Source: Pseudovirgaria hyperparasitica
Lineage: Eukaryota
Assembly: GCA_010093815.1 (NCBI GenBank)
Contig: ML996577.1
Strand: one strand, 5' to 3'
DNA length: 64,000 nt
In this document: positions 1 to 12,552 of the stretch, piece by piece
How positions within the stretch are numbered: the stretch's first letter is position 1
Layout: the number at the start of each line of letters is the position of its first letter
The notes under the pieces: generated by a model
Told to the model about the DNA's origin: nothing
Seen by the model: only the letters and a program-made list of their open reading frames with translations
Databases searched by the model: none
Position numbers and translations under genes: made by a program

Positions 1-2516
1 TCTGGAGTGTAGAGATACCCATCTTACTCATGACCTTCAGGATCCCACCGTCACACGAGTGTTTGTAATTCTCAACGAGCTGCTCTGGTTCGAGCTTCTT
101 GCGGATGAGGCCTTCTCGGTGCATCTTCAAAATACATTCGATGGCAAGATATGGACAGACAGCATCAGCTCCGTACCCAATAAGGACACACATGTGATGC
201 ACCTCACGAGCTTCGGCAGTCTCGATAATGAGGGCTGCTTGAGATCGCCACCTGTTGCGCACGAGGTGATGGTGTACCATACCAGTAGCGAGAAGAGCGG
301 AGACTGCCACACGATCGACAGAGGTGGCACGGTCAGAGAGCACGATAATACTCTTGTGGCTGTTGATGGCGTCAGTCACTCGGTCGCAGATGGTATCCAA
401 GGCATCCATATATCCTTGTACACCCTGCTCTTTGGGGAATGTGATATCGATAGTCTGGACAGACCAGGCCGACTGGACCTTGGAGATGTTCGTGAGTGCA
501 TTGAACTCTTCAAGTGAAAGCACAGGAGATGGCAACAGAAGACGCGAGCACTGGCTCTCGTTCATCTCAAGCAGATTGCCCTGAGGGCCGACGTATGCCT
601 CTAGAGACATGACAATGGCTTCACGAATGGGATCGATAGGAGGGTTGGTGACCTGTGCGAATAGCTGACGGAAGTATTCGTAGAGAAGACGTGGCTGCGC
701 AGCAAGGCAGGCCAAGGGGGCGTCATTACCCATAGAACCCAGAGCTTCCTTGGAGTCAGCAGCCATTGGACCAAGCAACAAACTGATCTGTTCAAGGGAG
801 TAACCGAAAGCTCTTAGTCTCGGGTCTTCTTGGAGCTTGGTTTCAGTGATCTTGTGAGCAATAGATGTGCCGGATTTTGTGATGTCTGCAACTACGCCAT
901 CCATTGAGATCAAGTTCTTTTCAACCCACGCACCAAAATTCTGGCGATTTGCAACAGATTCTTTCAGTTCAGCATCATCGACGATACGGCCAGCAACAGT
1001 ATCTACAAGCAACATCCTTCCAGGCTGAAGTCTGCCCTTCTGTACGATGCGTTCGGGGTCGACGGCGATTGTACCTACTTCAGAGGCACAAATGATGCGA
1101 TCATCATCAGTAACGTAGTAACGGCATGGACGTAGACCATTTCGATCAAGGTTAGCACCGCAGTAACGACCATCTGCAAAGGTGAACAGGGCAGGGCCAT
1201 CCCATGGCTCCATCATACACGAAGCCCACTCGTAGAAAGCTTGCTTAGCAGGGTCAATAGAATCATTACCTTGCCAGGCTTCTGGAACCATGAGCATGAC
1301 TGCTTCGGGTAGGGAAAGGACACCATTAATAACGAGGAGTTCGAGGACATTGTCGAAGGCGGCCGAATCAGAGCCACCGTCTTCAATGATAGGATAGAGG
1401 AGATCGAGCTCATCACCAAAGAGATCAGATTTCATGACACCTTCTCTTGCACGCATCCAATTCTTGTTACCTCGCAGGGTGTTGATCTCACCGTTGTGGG
1501 CCGCCCACCGGAGCGGTTGCGCTCTGTCCCAGCTAGGGAACGTGTTGGTGGAGAATCGGGAATGTACCAAGGCGAAGTGACCTTCATAATCTACGTTTAC
1601 CAAATCATGGTAATACTCGTAGACTTGCACGGGAGCCAGTTGGCCCTTGTAAACGATGTTCTTATTGCTCAAAGAACACAAGTAAAACCAGTTGTGCAGA
1701 CCAATGACATGCGTCGCCCGCTTTCGTAGAACGTACAGTTGCCTCTCAAAGTACGGCTCGTCATACTTTTCTTCAAAGCTCTCCAGTGGCGATTTTCCCT
1801 CGCCATAAGCAGTCTTGAGGACCACAAAAGGCTGCAGAACAATAGGCTCACGCGACAGAGCTGCCGGCCCCAGTAGCGTTGAGTCTCGTGGCACTTCTCG
1901 CCATCCTAGCACACGCAGATCTAGCGAGTCGGCCACATCCTCAAATGTAGCGATTGTGTCTTTCAGTATCTCTGTGTCCGGTTTGAAGAATAGATTGCCG
2001 GCGGCATACTGGCCTTGTTTGGGCAGCTTGATGCCCTGCTCGCGCTCGAAATTCTTCACGAAGAACTTGTGAGGGATCGACGTCATGACTCCAGCGCCGT
2101 CGCCATCTCTAGCGTCAGAGCCGACAGCGCCACGATGGGTCATGTTGCAAAGTAAACTGCGAGCTGCACAGGAAGATCAGCACGTGAGTGCGAACCGTTT
2201 ACGAAAGGGTAGACGCGGAATGTATCTTACCATCACTGACAATCTTGTGGCTCGCTTTACCCTTGATATGGCTGTGATCAGTGTCAGGGATCTGTGAAGA
2301 CTACTACTGGAAGACATGGCTGAGAACTCACGCAGCAAAGCCTACTCCACAAGCATCTTTCTCAAGATCTGGATCATAGAGACCCTGCTTCAAGGGCAAT
2401 GTTCCAGCCCATGATTTGTTCTCTGGAGTATCCTGGTACTCGTACACCTTCGAAGGTTCCTCCTCAATTTCAGAAGCGCATATTTTTGGTTCTTCTTTGA
2501 ATGAAACTCGACCCAT
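1..2516 (-). CDS. GLT1: Glutamate synthase [NADH], N-terminal part; continues beyond window start
   Basis: ATG 2516; introns 2331-2272 and 2230-2164 join EKDACGVGFAA|HIKGKASHKIVSDA|RSLLCNMTHRGA. Further GOGAT motifs STNTFPSWDRAQP and MEPWDGPALFTF. Frame stays open to position 1. Confidence 0.96.
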
Positions 2517-2794
2517 ACTTCCGGCGAATAGGCCGAACGATCAGATTGGGTGACGGTGGCGAGCAACTGAGAAGAGAGAATGTATGAGGAGATGGCCGCG
2601 GATGGCCAATAGGTTGGGGGTGTTCGTCTGGCTTGAGAGTGTATTGATGTTGTAGCTGTGCAGAGAATTCTTGGTCAGATACCGGGTATTACAAAGGTTT
2701 GCAGAGAGAGAGAGAGTGAGCAGGGAGGAAAAAATGGCAGACTGGTGCCGAGAGTAGTGGAAAGGGAAGTATGGCAAGCGGGGAATTGTTGATG

Positions 2795-2814
2795 AATAGC
2801 TTGACGCGGATTGG
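2795..2814 (-). promoter_or_regulatory. Candidate CBC:HapX bipartite site (CCAAT-N12-ATT) upstream of GLT1
   Basis: Minus strand reads CCAAT CCGCGTCAAGCT ATT, about 280 nt upstream of the ATG of an Fe-S enzyme. The motif is short and degenerate. Confidence 0.35.
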
Positions 2815-5800
2815 TTGGGAGCGGGAGCGGTAGCGGAGAGCAAGCATCTACGCCCACCATGCCCGCCCTTCTCAAGCGCGCCCAGACCAGAGTCGGAGGC
2901 TCCATCCATTGACCATTAGTTGAGAGTCTGTCGGTGATAGCCTGTCCCTGTCCTGTCTTGTCGCAACGTAGGCACCGCTTTTATTTTGCTGGCAGCCGGT
3001 GTGCAGATCCGCGGACATGCGATGTATGCGATCGCTGCAGCAGATGCATATGACGCTGGCCCCAAGAGCATCTACCAATATTATTTGTTGGCGTACGACC
3101 TTTGGAGCTCTTATCGGTTTGAGAGCTTCGGCGAATGACATGTAGCCGGGTTTGTCGATACAGCGCCGTGCCGACCACGCCATGCACTGCACTGCATGCT
3201 TGCATCATGTCTGGCTGCCCTGCTGCTGCTGCTGCTGCTACTACTGACGGACGATGGGTTTTGGCATGGCAAAAGTGACATTGTGTGTGCTCTTCTTGAT
3301 CTCTCATCTTGGGCGGTCTTTCACGGACGGATGCCGGGCGGGGAAAGGAAGGGGAATGTCACACTTACTGTCTGTCGTGACTTCGTGGCCGTTCAATAGG
3401 CTCGCGACGGGGTCGTAGTGGTGGAAGGGCACGAAATCTAGGTGATAGGGTAAATAGTCTCGGAGACGTGGTGCGTGATGAGAAAAGCAGCGGAAAGAGG
3501 GAGATGTTTGTGGGGGGGATGTGGTAGAATTTATGTGCCGGCAGGCCACACCTAGCAGTAGTAACAGTAGTAGGAGTATCGTGTCCACAGACCGTTGCAT
3601 AGCCAAAACTCCAGTCTCCAGCAAAACTGCCACCATCCATGTCTCTGATGGATTGTGTACAATGGGTGATCTGGTTTAGGCGATATTTCATCTAGTTCTA
3701 GCGATCCCAAGATACACACCATCGGCTGGCCCCCCTCCCCCCCCCCTTCCCCGCGCCTCGAAGCAGATAATACTCCATAACAGTACATGGCTCCACTCGC
3801 AGTAGGCATAATTGATACAATTACTCATAACATCTTGGAGGTCGACACAGATTCGCAGATGTGCAACAGCTATCGCCCACGTCTTCTTCCCTCAAGATCA
3901 TCAGGTCTTGGCCACGACGCCGACAGCGGACAGCGGACAGCGGACGGAAGAATCTGGCTAGGAGGAGGGAGTGGGGAGGACCCAGTGGAACATGGTCGTC
4001 GTTGGTGGCAAGTACAAGTGAAAGGATGGATGGCGGACGAATAATTAATGGTAATGGTCAACGTCAATGATGGGCACAACCATACTAATATGTCAAGATT
4101 GTGTGTCTTGACGAGCCGCGGCCAAACTCGATGAGGAGCAGTGCAGTACCCCACGGTTCGTAGGGACGTGCACTGGTACTACTTGGGTTGGACTGCATGT
4201 TTTTCACGATCCGAGACCCACCCAGACCCCACTTATATTCAATGCCCCCAGTCGACGCACCAACACACACACGCACACCTCACGCACGCAAAAATATTTA
4301 GTACTGCTGTGGATGTGCATGTGCATGTGCATAGTAATTAGTACTCTTATGTATGTGATTTGACCTAGTACCAAGGGTAGGTAGGACGATTAAAGCCTTC
4401 TTCTTCATCTGTCGACGAATCAGCCCACGCCCGTTTCCTAATCCGCTTCTGTTTCCCGCAATTGGCTATAATTGATTTCCCTAGCTAATTCGGTACAGTC
4501 ATCTATTGACATTTGACCTATGATGCTTATCGCTGCTAGTCAATTACTACTCCCTCTCTCAACCTCCTCCGGGACTGCTACAAATACATGCCAAATCATT
4601 CTTATATCTTGGTCGTCGCCCGCAACCAAAACGACTGCTTGGTTGGTCTTCTGTAGTCACATTGAATCCATAGCTCGACTATGAACACGCGCCTCCGAGT
4701 CTATCTCACGTTTACTGTGGGCTCATAATAACGTGCACGTAATTACATCTTGCATGCAATCGGCGACTCGGACATCCACAGTCGAGTGTGGAGTGTGTGT
4801 GGACGAGGATATCTCGGAGTCGGAGCCCGCCGCGCCGCGCGCTTCGTCTTTGCTGCCAACTGCAGTGCCTCTCGGGCGTTTACGGAACTTACTCATCATT
4901 TTTCGAATTTTTGTGAGTCACGAGAACTGCTTTCCAGTGCCATCCAGGCCCCTCCACTCTCCGACATCGCTTGTGTGTGGACCCCTTTTGTGCCTTAAAA
5001 TCAATGGATGCTCCTTTCATCAACGTGCCGAGAATGTTGAGTTTCAAGTGAGCGACGGCACAACATAGGACCATCCCCAATCATCTCATGTCTGCCACGG
5101 ACCGAGAACATGGCTGTGGGAATGGCGTACGTCAGATCTGATGGGACCAACATCGGGCCCTACCCGCCTGGCACCTGTTGCGCAGCCTAGATTCAACCGT
5201 GATACAATGTTGCAGCCCGAGTTTAGGTATAATTACATATTCTCGGTCTCTCCTCTTGCTCTGGAGGGCAAGTTCACGGTCTTGTGTTATTAGCGGTACC
5301 TGCCAGCACTCCAAGCTCGTGGCTCGTAGAGTTCCCCGCATTGCCACACGTTCATTTGCCATGTACGCAATCCGCGACACGTGCTTAGAAGGCTTGCTCG
5401 ACAGCGTTGCTCGCTCACTTGCATCTCTTGAACATGCCTCATCGGGAGAAATACGCCTGCGCCGACGTACAAGTTGGCACCAGCCTCATGTGGGGGAGAG
5501 ATCGACCCTGTAAGGCGTTTGCACTGAAAACATGACTCTGATTCATTCAAACTCAGCAATTGTATTCAGATCTGGTAGGTATGCAGTTTTTATTTTGTAT
5601 ATGAGATGCCTCTCTCTGCATCTTGATGAATGATGGATGTCGGTTATTGCGAGCCCAAACAGGGTCAGCTGTCTAAAGAGTCGATGAATGACATGAATGA
5701 CTAAACTCCAATTCCTGCCCTGGTACCATGCGCGTGTCTTTTCTACCCAGAAGCCGGTAAAATAGCACATACCCGATATGTAAGTTTTGACAATAGTCCG

Positions 5801-5922
5801 GTAGGCAGAGCGCAACTGCAATATGTCAACAATCTGGTCGGCCCAAGTATGCATTCTCAGCTTCCTCCAAAGTCTGTAGAGACTGCTGCAAATCACTTAC
5901 ATTTTGACGTCTTCCACACTTA

Positions 5923-6383
5923 TTAGTGCTCCATGGCGTCATCCTCCTGGGGCTCTTCAAAGTCGTCATCGTCGTCCTCATCGTCGTCCAGACCCTCTGC
6001 ATTCTGGGCGGCGGTTGCGAAGTCAATGTTCTTGCCACGCGTACGTCGGCCGCTGCCGATGATGTTATTTGTGTCAATCTCCTCCATGTTGTCCTCATCT
6101 TCCTCTTCGGCTGTACGATGTGTCAGTATTGTGTGCTTGATGAATCGTCTTCGTTCAGAGTATTGCCACATACGCTCTTCGGCCTGTCTCTACGTTAACG
6201 GATGCTGCACTCGTACAAGAGCAGCTGGTGGCATACCTCAGCCTCAACTCCCGACTCCTCATCAGAGCCATCATCGTCCTCGTCCATACTCATGTCTTGA
6301 GCTGTATCGGCAGCTTTTCCTTTGCCTTTGTTTTCAGTGGCCGCTGAGTCGCCAGAGGCTGCTTCGTTGGAGTAGTCTGCCAT
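5923..6383 (-). CDS. CHZ1: Histone H2A.Z chaperone Chz1
   Basis: Acidic protein with CHZ motif EEDEDNMEEIDTNNIIGSGRRTRGKNIDFA. Exons 6383-6237, 6183-6174 (10 nt) and 6110-5923, with GT-AG introns. Confidence 0.88.
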
Positions 6384-7062
6384 GCTTGCGTCCAATGGAT
6401 CAGATCAGTGCGTGTTTTGTTGATTTGGTGCGGTATGAGAGGCAATGCAAAAGAGATTCTGGCGGTGTGCGGGACAGTTCATGAATTGAAGGTGAGGAAA
6501 TCGCGCGCAAGGGGGGTGATCCGTGGACGCGCCCCTCCAAACACACTAATGTTTTTCTGGCTTAGTGTTGGCGGGGTCAACACAGGTACTGTAGGTAATT
6601 AGGTCAAGGCATCACCCATGGATGCCCAGCCCTGGAGGTGCTCAGCTTGCTCATTTAGGTCTACCATCTACTCAATCACTTTCTCGAATACCTCAAGTCT
6701 CCCCTTAAACATCATTCATCTCTGCTGGAATGATCTGGGACGGGAGTGCTTATTGGTATCATGGCGACGAGGGCAGTCTTCTTAAAGCAAGACGAGGACT
6801 ACAAAAGGAGAGTGCGGGATTATGAGAACAGATTGCCGTCATCTGGAGATCACTGCACAGAGATGTGATGAGTTGTATCGTTTTTGCTATATCAACGACA
6901 GTCTTCGGCAAGCCCAACGCGCAGCTTAGTTTTCAGTCAATAAAATGTAAGTCGTGAGATTCGCTATGTGGGATAAGCTAATGGATCAAACCGCATAAAA
7001 GAATTACAGACGCCACTGACGGAGGAGTTGCATCGCAGATTGAGAGGGTGGAATGTGTTGCA

Positions 7063-9300
7063 CTACCAGTCCTTCTTGAGATCAAAGGACCACTCGAGCT
7101 TCAAATGAGTAACATTGTCGTCGTCGATGAACTTGGAGACAGCATTGTAATGACCACGTGCCATCATACCAGAAGGAGCAGTCTCGGCTTCGACTAGGCA
7201 TTTGTTAGAGGATTTGTAGGCACGGCAAGGAGTGTAATGACATACACTTCTTCTCATAGCTTGGCTTATCAGTCGTGTTGGGGCTGTACGATCCCTAGAG
7301 CAGCACATTAGCGAGAAGTCGATGAGCGATGAAAAGACCGAGTATACAATCATCTCTTGGGCCTTGTTACTGATGATACCACGCTTGACCACTTGAACGT
7401 ATTTCAAGCCTGACAGAATCTGATGCTGAACCTTGAACTGCGCCTTCATACGAAACTTTGCGCCTTCTTTGATGGTGAAGGGCTTCTCCTTGAGATGCTC
7501 AACTGCGCCCGGTGACTTCAGGTCGATGATGATGTCGTCGCGTCCTTCGACCTAGGACTGATTAGTCTTGAGTCATGTGCGCCTCGATCTTTGATGGCTT
7601 GCCTCCAGCCCAAGGGACTCGATTATGACCTTACGCGGATCATTGGGATCAGAGATGGTGTTACCCGCTCCTAGGCCGAGACTCTCCTTCCACTTCCTAA
7701 GAGATTCGTCGTTTTGGTCTAAGGGATCTGGTTAGTCGTCTCCATTTGTTGCGATAATAAGGAATCCTGTTCTGGTAGGGCTTTGGACCAAGCAATACAA
7801 GGTGCATGGGCGGGACGCTGCTGATGAATCTCCTGGCCGGTTTCTCGATATACCCTTCACGACGGTAACCTGCAAAGTCGGCCCAGTGGCTTTCACACAC
7901 AAGGAGGTGGTACACGCATCCATATCCCCACCACCTGCCACCCAAGTCGACCACGTCAAGAGCTTCAGGCATACAGCATTCTGGACAGTTACCAAGGATT
8001 ATCCTGATCGTTCCGTCGGCGGACTTCTCGAAGACATGATGCCCAAAGACGGGCGCATCGACTTCAGGTGCGGGTCGAAGAAATGCGACTGTCGGAACTG
8101 CCAAGATGACGGTTGCGGTGAAAATGATAGTTTTGGCATGCTCGACAGTTATCATAGCCTTCCCCTTTCGAAAAGCATCCCAGCCAGATCTGCAGGTGGG
8201 CTGCACGAGGTCCTTGATTAGCGGTGACATTCGGTGAGCAAGGAGTCGACGTGTCGGATACATCCAGGGTTTCATGCGATTCTCTATGTATTTCATGGGA
8301 ATGCTGGACCAGTCTTCAGTCCAAGCTATGTAATGACCAACAGAACAATGCTGATAGTCTGTATCTTTTGGCTTCGGGATAGAAGGCAATGCTATTGGAT
8401 GGTATGCAAACAGTTGTCTAAGTGTGCGAACATGATCCATTCCAATCGGATCTAAGTCTGTCGCAGATGCACTTTCAAGGTTTGGCTCGGGCGGAGATGT
8501 TTGGATCTCGTCGATCTGCTCCTCCCTGGAGCCCACGGGTGGAGACGAAAGGCTGGAGGGTTCGCCGGCGATGCGAGCGGTATGGGATAGAGTGTCATCG
8601 ATACCGAAGCTGCCTTGTTTGGAAGCATCCAAACTGTGTCCTCGAGTGTAGGCACTGTCCCTATGATGTGACGGACTAGGATAGTCTGCCATATGGAAGC
8701 GAGTGGGATGGATGTTTGTAGCAAGTATTGTATTATTGTGAAAAGAATATAGGTGCTCTCTGGTCTCAAGTCGGCTGAAGCGATATGATGGAGGTAGATG
8801 TGATCCAAATCGATGAAGTGAAGGATGTTCTCTAAGAATGGATCTCACGGGCGGAACGAAGCAGAGAGATGCGAACAGTGGCGGGCGCGAGATACGCAGT
8901 AGGCAAGGTAGTCGCGAGCCATGGCGAGTGATGTTGAGCGCGACTTGCTACCTCTTACTTTGTTGGATCTTTTGTTTTTGTTGTAAGGTAGGTATGGATC
9001 GCGTTATATGCAGGTGGGTTGCTGAGGCGTCCAAGTAGCAGATTCCCCAAAGATTGATCTTTAGCCGGTAACACTGGACGGACCTCAGGCGCGGGGCGAT
9101 GGCGTGGTGGAAATAGGACAAGGGTTGATTGTATCGCGGGAGTTGTAGTTTGGTAAGGGGAAAGAAGAGTGGAAGAAGTGGAAGTGGATTGGGAAGAGCT
9201 TACCTAGTTGTTTGTACTCGTCGATGGTCTTTGATTCGCCGACCTTGAAGCCGGCAGTCTGCTCGGGGACAAGCTCGTCGTCGTGATGAGCGGCGGACAT
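7063..9300 (-). CDS. RDI1: Rho GDP-dissociation inhibitor
   Basis: Exons 9300-9204, 7718-7603, 7551-7348, 7294-7246 and 7193-7063 give GFKVGESKTIDEYKQL|DQNDESLRKWKESLGL...GSYSPNT...APSGMMARGHY...EWSFDLKKDW. Intron 1 is 1485 nt; intron 2 is GC-AG. Confidence 0.93.
7697..8692 (-). CDS. Unknown 331-aa ORF nested in RDI1 intron 1 (separate gene or alternative first exon)
   Basis: Uninterrupted frame from ATG 8692 (MADYPSP...) to TAG 7697, preceded by a UTR-like CA/CT-rich leader. One hydrophobic stretch; no recognisable domain. Confidence 0.45.
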   Translation of the reverse strand: MADYPSPSHHRDSAYTRGHSLDASKQGSFGIDDTLSHTARIAGEPSSLSSPPVGSREEQIDEIQTSPPEPNLESASATDLDPIGMDHVRTLRQLFAYHPIALPSIPKPKDTDYQHCSVGHYIAWTEDWSSIPMKYIENRMKPWMYPTRRLLAHRMSPLIKDLVQPTCRSGWDAFRKGKAMITVEHAKTIIFTATVILAVPTVAFLRPAPEVDAPVFGHHVFEKSADGTIRIILGNCPECCMPEALDVVDLGGRWWGYGCVYHLLVCESHWADFAGYRREGYIEKPARRFISSVPPMHLVLLGPKPYQNRIPYYRNKWRRLTRSLRPKRRIS

Positions 9301-9704
9301 GTCGACAGCAGGACGTAGGGAAGAATTGGCAGGGTGGAGGAGTGGGAAGAGGTGGTGGAAAGTGGAAGAAGGGCAAGAATAGAATGAAGGAAGAAAATTG
9401 GAGGATGGAGGTTGAGGCGGCGTAGGAGCACGACACTGAGCAGCACAACGAGTGAGGTGGAGGATGGATTGGATGTTGTGGATGGCGGGGCACTGGCAGA
9501 GGTGGGATGGATCCATCCATGCATGACATGAGCAACGTTAATCACCTACTAATTATTGATGATGGTGCGTAACCCTATAGTGGGCACACCACACGGAGGT
9601 CTCACCGCCTCTACTCAAGGCTGGATGCATGAGAATGAGAGTCTGTTACTGTGCAATATGTGTTTCTTGAGTATGGTGATGTGATGTGCGTGGGAGGTGT
9701 GGAA

Positions 9705-9980
9705 GTGGCTGGTGGCTGGTGGCTGGTGGCTGGTGGCTGGGGCTAACAAATAGCAGCCAATACCTACTACGGCATAATGGCGGGCCTAGAGGGGGGAGAA
9801 TTCAGGGGAAGAAGGCGAAGTAGGGGCGTTTTGTTGTTTGGGCAGAGGGCAGAGGGCAGAGGGCGGAGGGCACTAATCAATCGCTGGTGGCCATAATTAC
9901 TGCCTCGGACTCTTGGAGGGAGGCTAATTTAGCTGGGGAGGCAGCTAATTAGTGGGGGAGGCAGCTAATTAGCTGGGGAG
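9705..9980 (+). repeat. Cluster of short tandem repeats: (GGTGGCT)x~5, (GGCAGAG)x~4 and a 20-bp unit x3
   Basis: Arrays at 9705-9744, 9841-9871 and 9921-9980 (GCAGCTAATTAGCTGGGGAG-like units). Confidence 0.85.
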
Positions 9981-10304
9981 GTGCCTGGGGAGGTGCCCAC
10001 GCAGCTGGTCGAGGTCGCTACTACAGTCAGTACATACCAGGTAATGAAGGCAGAGAGGTCAGGTACCATAGCTATTAACTGTTGTTAGCTGGCTATTAAT
10101 TAGTTAAACTATTAAGGAATACCTACACCTACCTATTAATGTCCCTACCCTCCATACCTCAATAGGCAAGGTACAGTACGTACTGGATGGATGCATCACT
10201 TGGCGCAGTCTGGCTGAGCTGCCCTCCAGACTTTGAGCTGTCCGTCCCCCCCAAATCGCCTAGCCTGAGCCTGAAGCCGCCCTCGCATCCGCACCCGCAC
10301 CCGC

Positions 10305-10370
10305 ACCAGTCTGTCTGTCTGTCTCTGTCTGCTTGTTTGTCTCTCCCTCTCTCTCTCTCTCTCTCTCTCC
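10305..10370 (+). repeat. (CTGT)n/(CT)n microsatellite upstream of the Bqt4-like gene
   Basis: Visible runs ctgtctgtctgt and ctctctctctctctctctctc. Confidence 0.85.
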
Positions 10371-10614
10371 AGCCCAACCTTCCATCCTTCCCTCATCTAC
10401 GCCTCTCCTCTGCCTCAAACTCTGTATTCATCATCACGAGCACACGCCGGTTCGCGATCGTCGCATCGCTTGCTTCCTCCAACCAGCCTATTATTTGCAT
10501 CAAGGACCCTCGCCTCTACCCGCTTTGTCCTTTGCGCGCCGGCGTCGCATTCTCCAACTCTAATCCGCTGCACCGCCTACCACGTCCATTATCACCACCA
10601 TCCATTGTTCAACA

Positions 10615-12012
10615 ATGCCTGCAACACGCGTGCTGCCAAAGGCTTTCAACCCGTTGGTAGATCAGAGTCATGCGCCCACACGTATGTCAATGTCCCTGTC
10701 GCGCCGCCTATTGCTCCATTGCGTTCGGCCTGCGTTTTCTTTTTTTGCGAAAACCGCGCTAACACCTCGTTCATAGTCGAACAACTCATCGAGAGGCGTC
10801 GTCTTGGCCGAACCAATCTCTCTGCCAAACCAGGTCAGGTCGGTGTCGCAAATGCTTCAAAACAAGAGAATCTCGGTCCTTTTGACTACGCCCATCTGCG
10901 TGTGCCGCTTCCCAAGGACCTGAAAGGCTCCGGTATCTTCTCGATAGGAAAGAGCAACAACCTCTGGCCTGAATCATACTTCTTGATGGTACGTTATTCC
11001 TATCGGCAATCCGCCTGTTTGATGCACAGGGACGCTTATACTATAGCAGCGACGCAGCAGTGATGGATACGTTAGTGCTACAGGCATGTTCAAAGCCGCT
11101 TTCCCATGGGCAAAGGTTGAGGAAGAGGAGGCAGAACGGGCATACCACAAGACACTAGGCTCTGCCGGCCACGAGGAGGTGGCAGGGAACGTATGGATCC
11201 ATCCTGAGGATGCCTTCGAGCTTTCCAAAGAGTACAACATGACAAACTGGGTCCTCGCACTCCTTGACCCTGAACCGATAGAAAAGGGTACCAAATCTCC
11301 TGAACGGGATGAGATTGCAACTCCCCCGCGCTTCATTCTCAAGGACGTCAAGCTTCCTCCCCCAGCTTCAAGCACTCGTGGCTCAACTCGCAAGCGGTCC
11401 ACGCGTTCCGCGTCTCCCTCAAAAATTGCCACTCCAGTACGCAAGATGGCCTCACCACGCAAGCCGCGCACATCCCGTCGGAAGAAGGCCGAAGACGACG
11501 CCGCCAGCGTAGCGAGCTCTGTTCTGCAAAGCGCCATCGAAAATGGCACTTCTGCCACCGACTCAGTCGACGGCGGCCCTGTCAATGGCGTCGCTGAATC
11601 CGTAAAAGTCAACATCGACGAAGTCGTGACCAAAGAAGGCGACAAGGAAATCACAAAGACCTCTGTCGTAATTGACATGCCCGCCGGCCACCCAGACCTG
11701 CCACTGCCCGAAAACACCGAAGACATGATGGCAGCTGCAAAAGCAATCGTTGAGAAAGCCACCGCAGAAGACGCTAAATCTGCTGCTACAAACGGCATCA
11801 AACCTACGCGGAAGCGCAAGGCCACGGAGGTCGAGGCCGACGACCAGCTCGCCGAAGCATCTGGCGCCGCAAAGCCCAGCGAGCCGTCCACACAGGGCGC
11901 TACCAAGAAGAGCAAGACACAGCCGACGAAACGCGAGACAGTGCGGACCAGAGCACTCATCGGAGCCGGGTTGACACTTGCCATCGGCGCCGCAATTCCA
12001 TATTTCCTGTAG
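10615..12012 (+). CDS. APSES/KilA-N domain protein with C-terminal membrane anchor (Bqt4-like)
   Basis: Exons 10615-10681, 10777-10988 and 11050-12012. Motifs [37 protein letters not shown] and GNVWIHPEDA; hydrophobic tail RALIGAGLTLAIGAAIPYFL. Confidence 0.87.
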
Positions 12013-12552
12013 TTTGCGCCGACGCGGACGACCAGCGCGATTTTTTTTTAAAGAGACACTTTCACTCCCCCTTGTTCCGCACCCCCTCCCTCGCACGAGC
12101 ACCACAGCCCCGACATCACTACTAACACACGCACTAATCACTTCATACTTACTACACCGCACCATAACCCCCATCGTTCCGCTAATGCACCAAGATACCA
12201 CTCCGTTCGTTGCATTCTCATCTCCCCTTTTTTTGCTCGTCCACTTCGTCTTATGCTTCATTTTTTTTCTCAATTCATGTATTCCCCAAGTACTTTGCGT
12301 CTTGATGATCCCCTTTTCCCTCTTCTTTTTTTTGTTGGGGGGTTGGCGTCTTTTGATTCTTCTTTTTGCTTTTTTTTTATTCACGCTCCGATGGGCCCCT
12401 TCATATCGTCTGACATTAGGCGGTCTATCTGCTTCCGGCAGACCTTGGGAAACTGTCGTTCGGATCATATATGTGCTTGGTTGGATGTCATGACCGCATT
12501 GGTTGGAGTAGGCTTTGGAGATGTGGTGGCTGGGTCAGGCCATGTGAGATGG

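Noticed and set aside
1213..1270. Apparent GTAATG donor in GLT1
   Set aside because: The frame reads through as AWQGNDSIDPAKQAFYEWAS, so no intron is needed.
2541..5560. Many short overlapping ORFs upstream of GLT1
   Set aside because: Low-complexity regulatory region with (CTG)n and poly-C; no coherent gene model.
10974..12468. Long minus-strand ORFs (336 aa and 301 aa)
   Set aside because: Antisense shadows of the Bqt4-like CDS and its low-complexity 3' UTR; no motifs.
11978..12493. 171-aa very hydrophobic ORF
   Set aside because: Arises from T-rich 3' UTR sequence (Phe/Leu runs) and lacks an ATG start.
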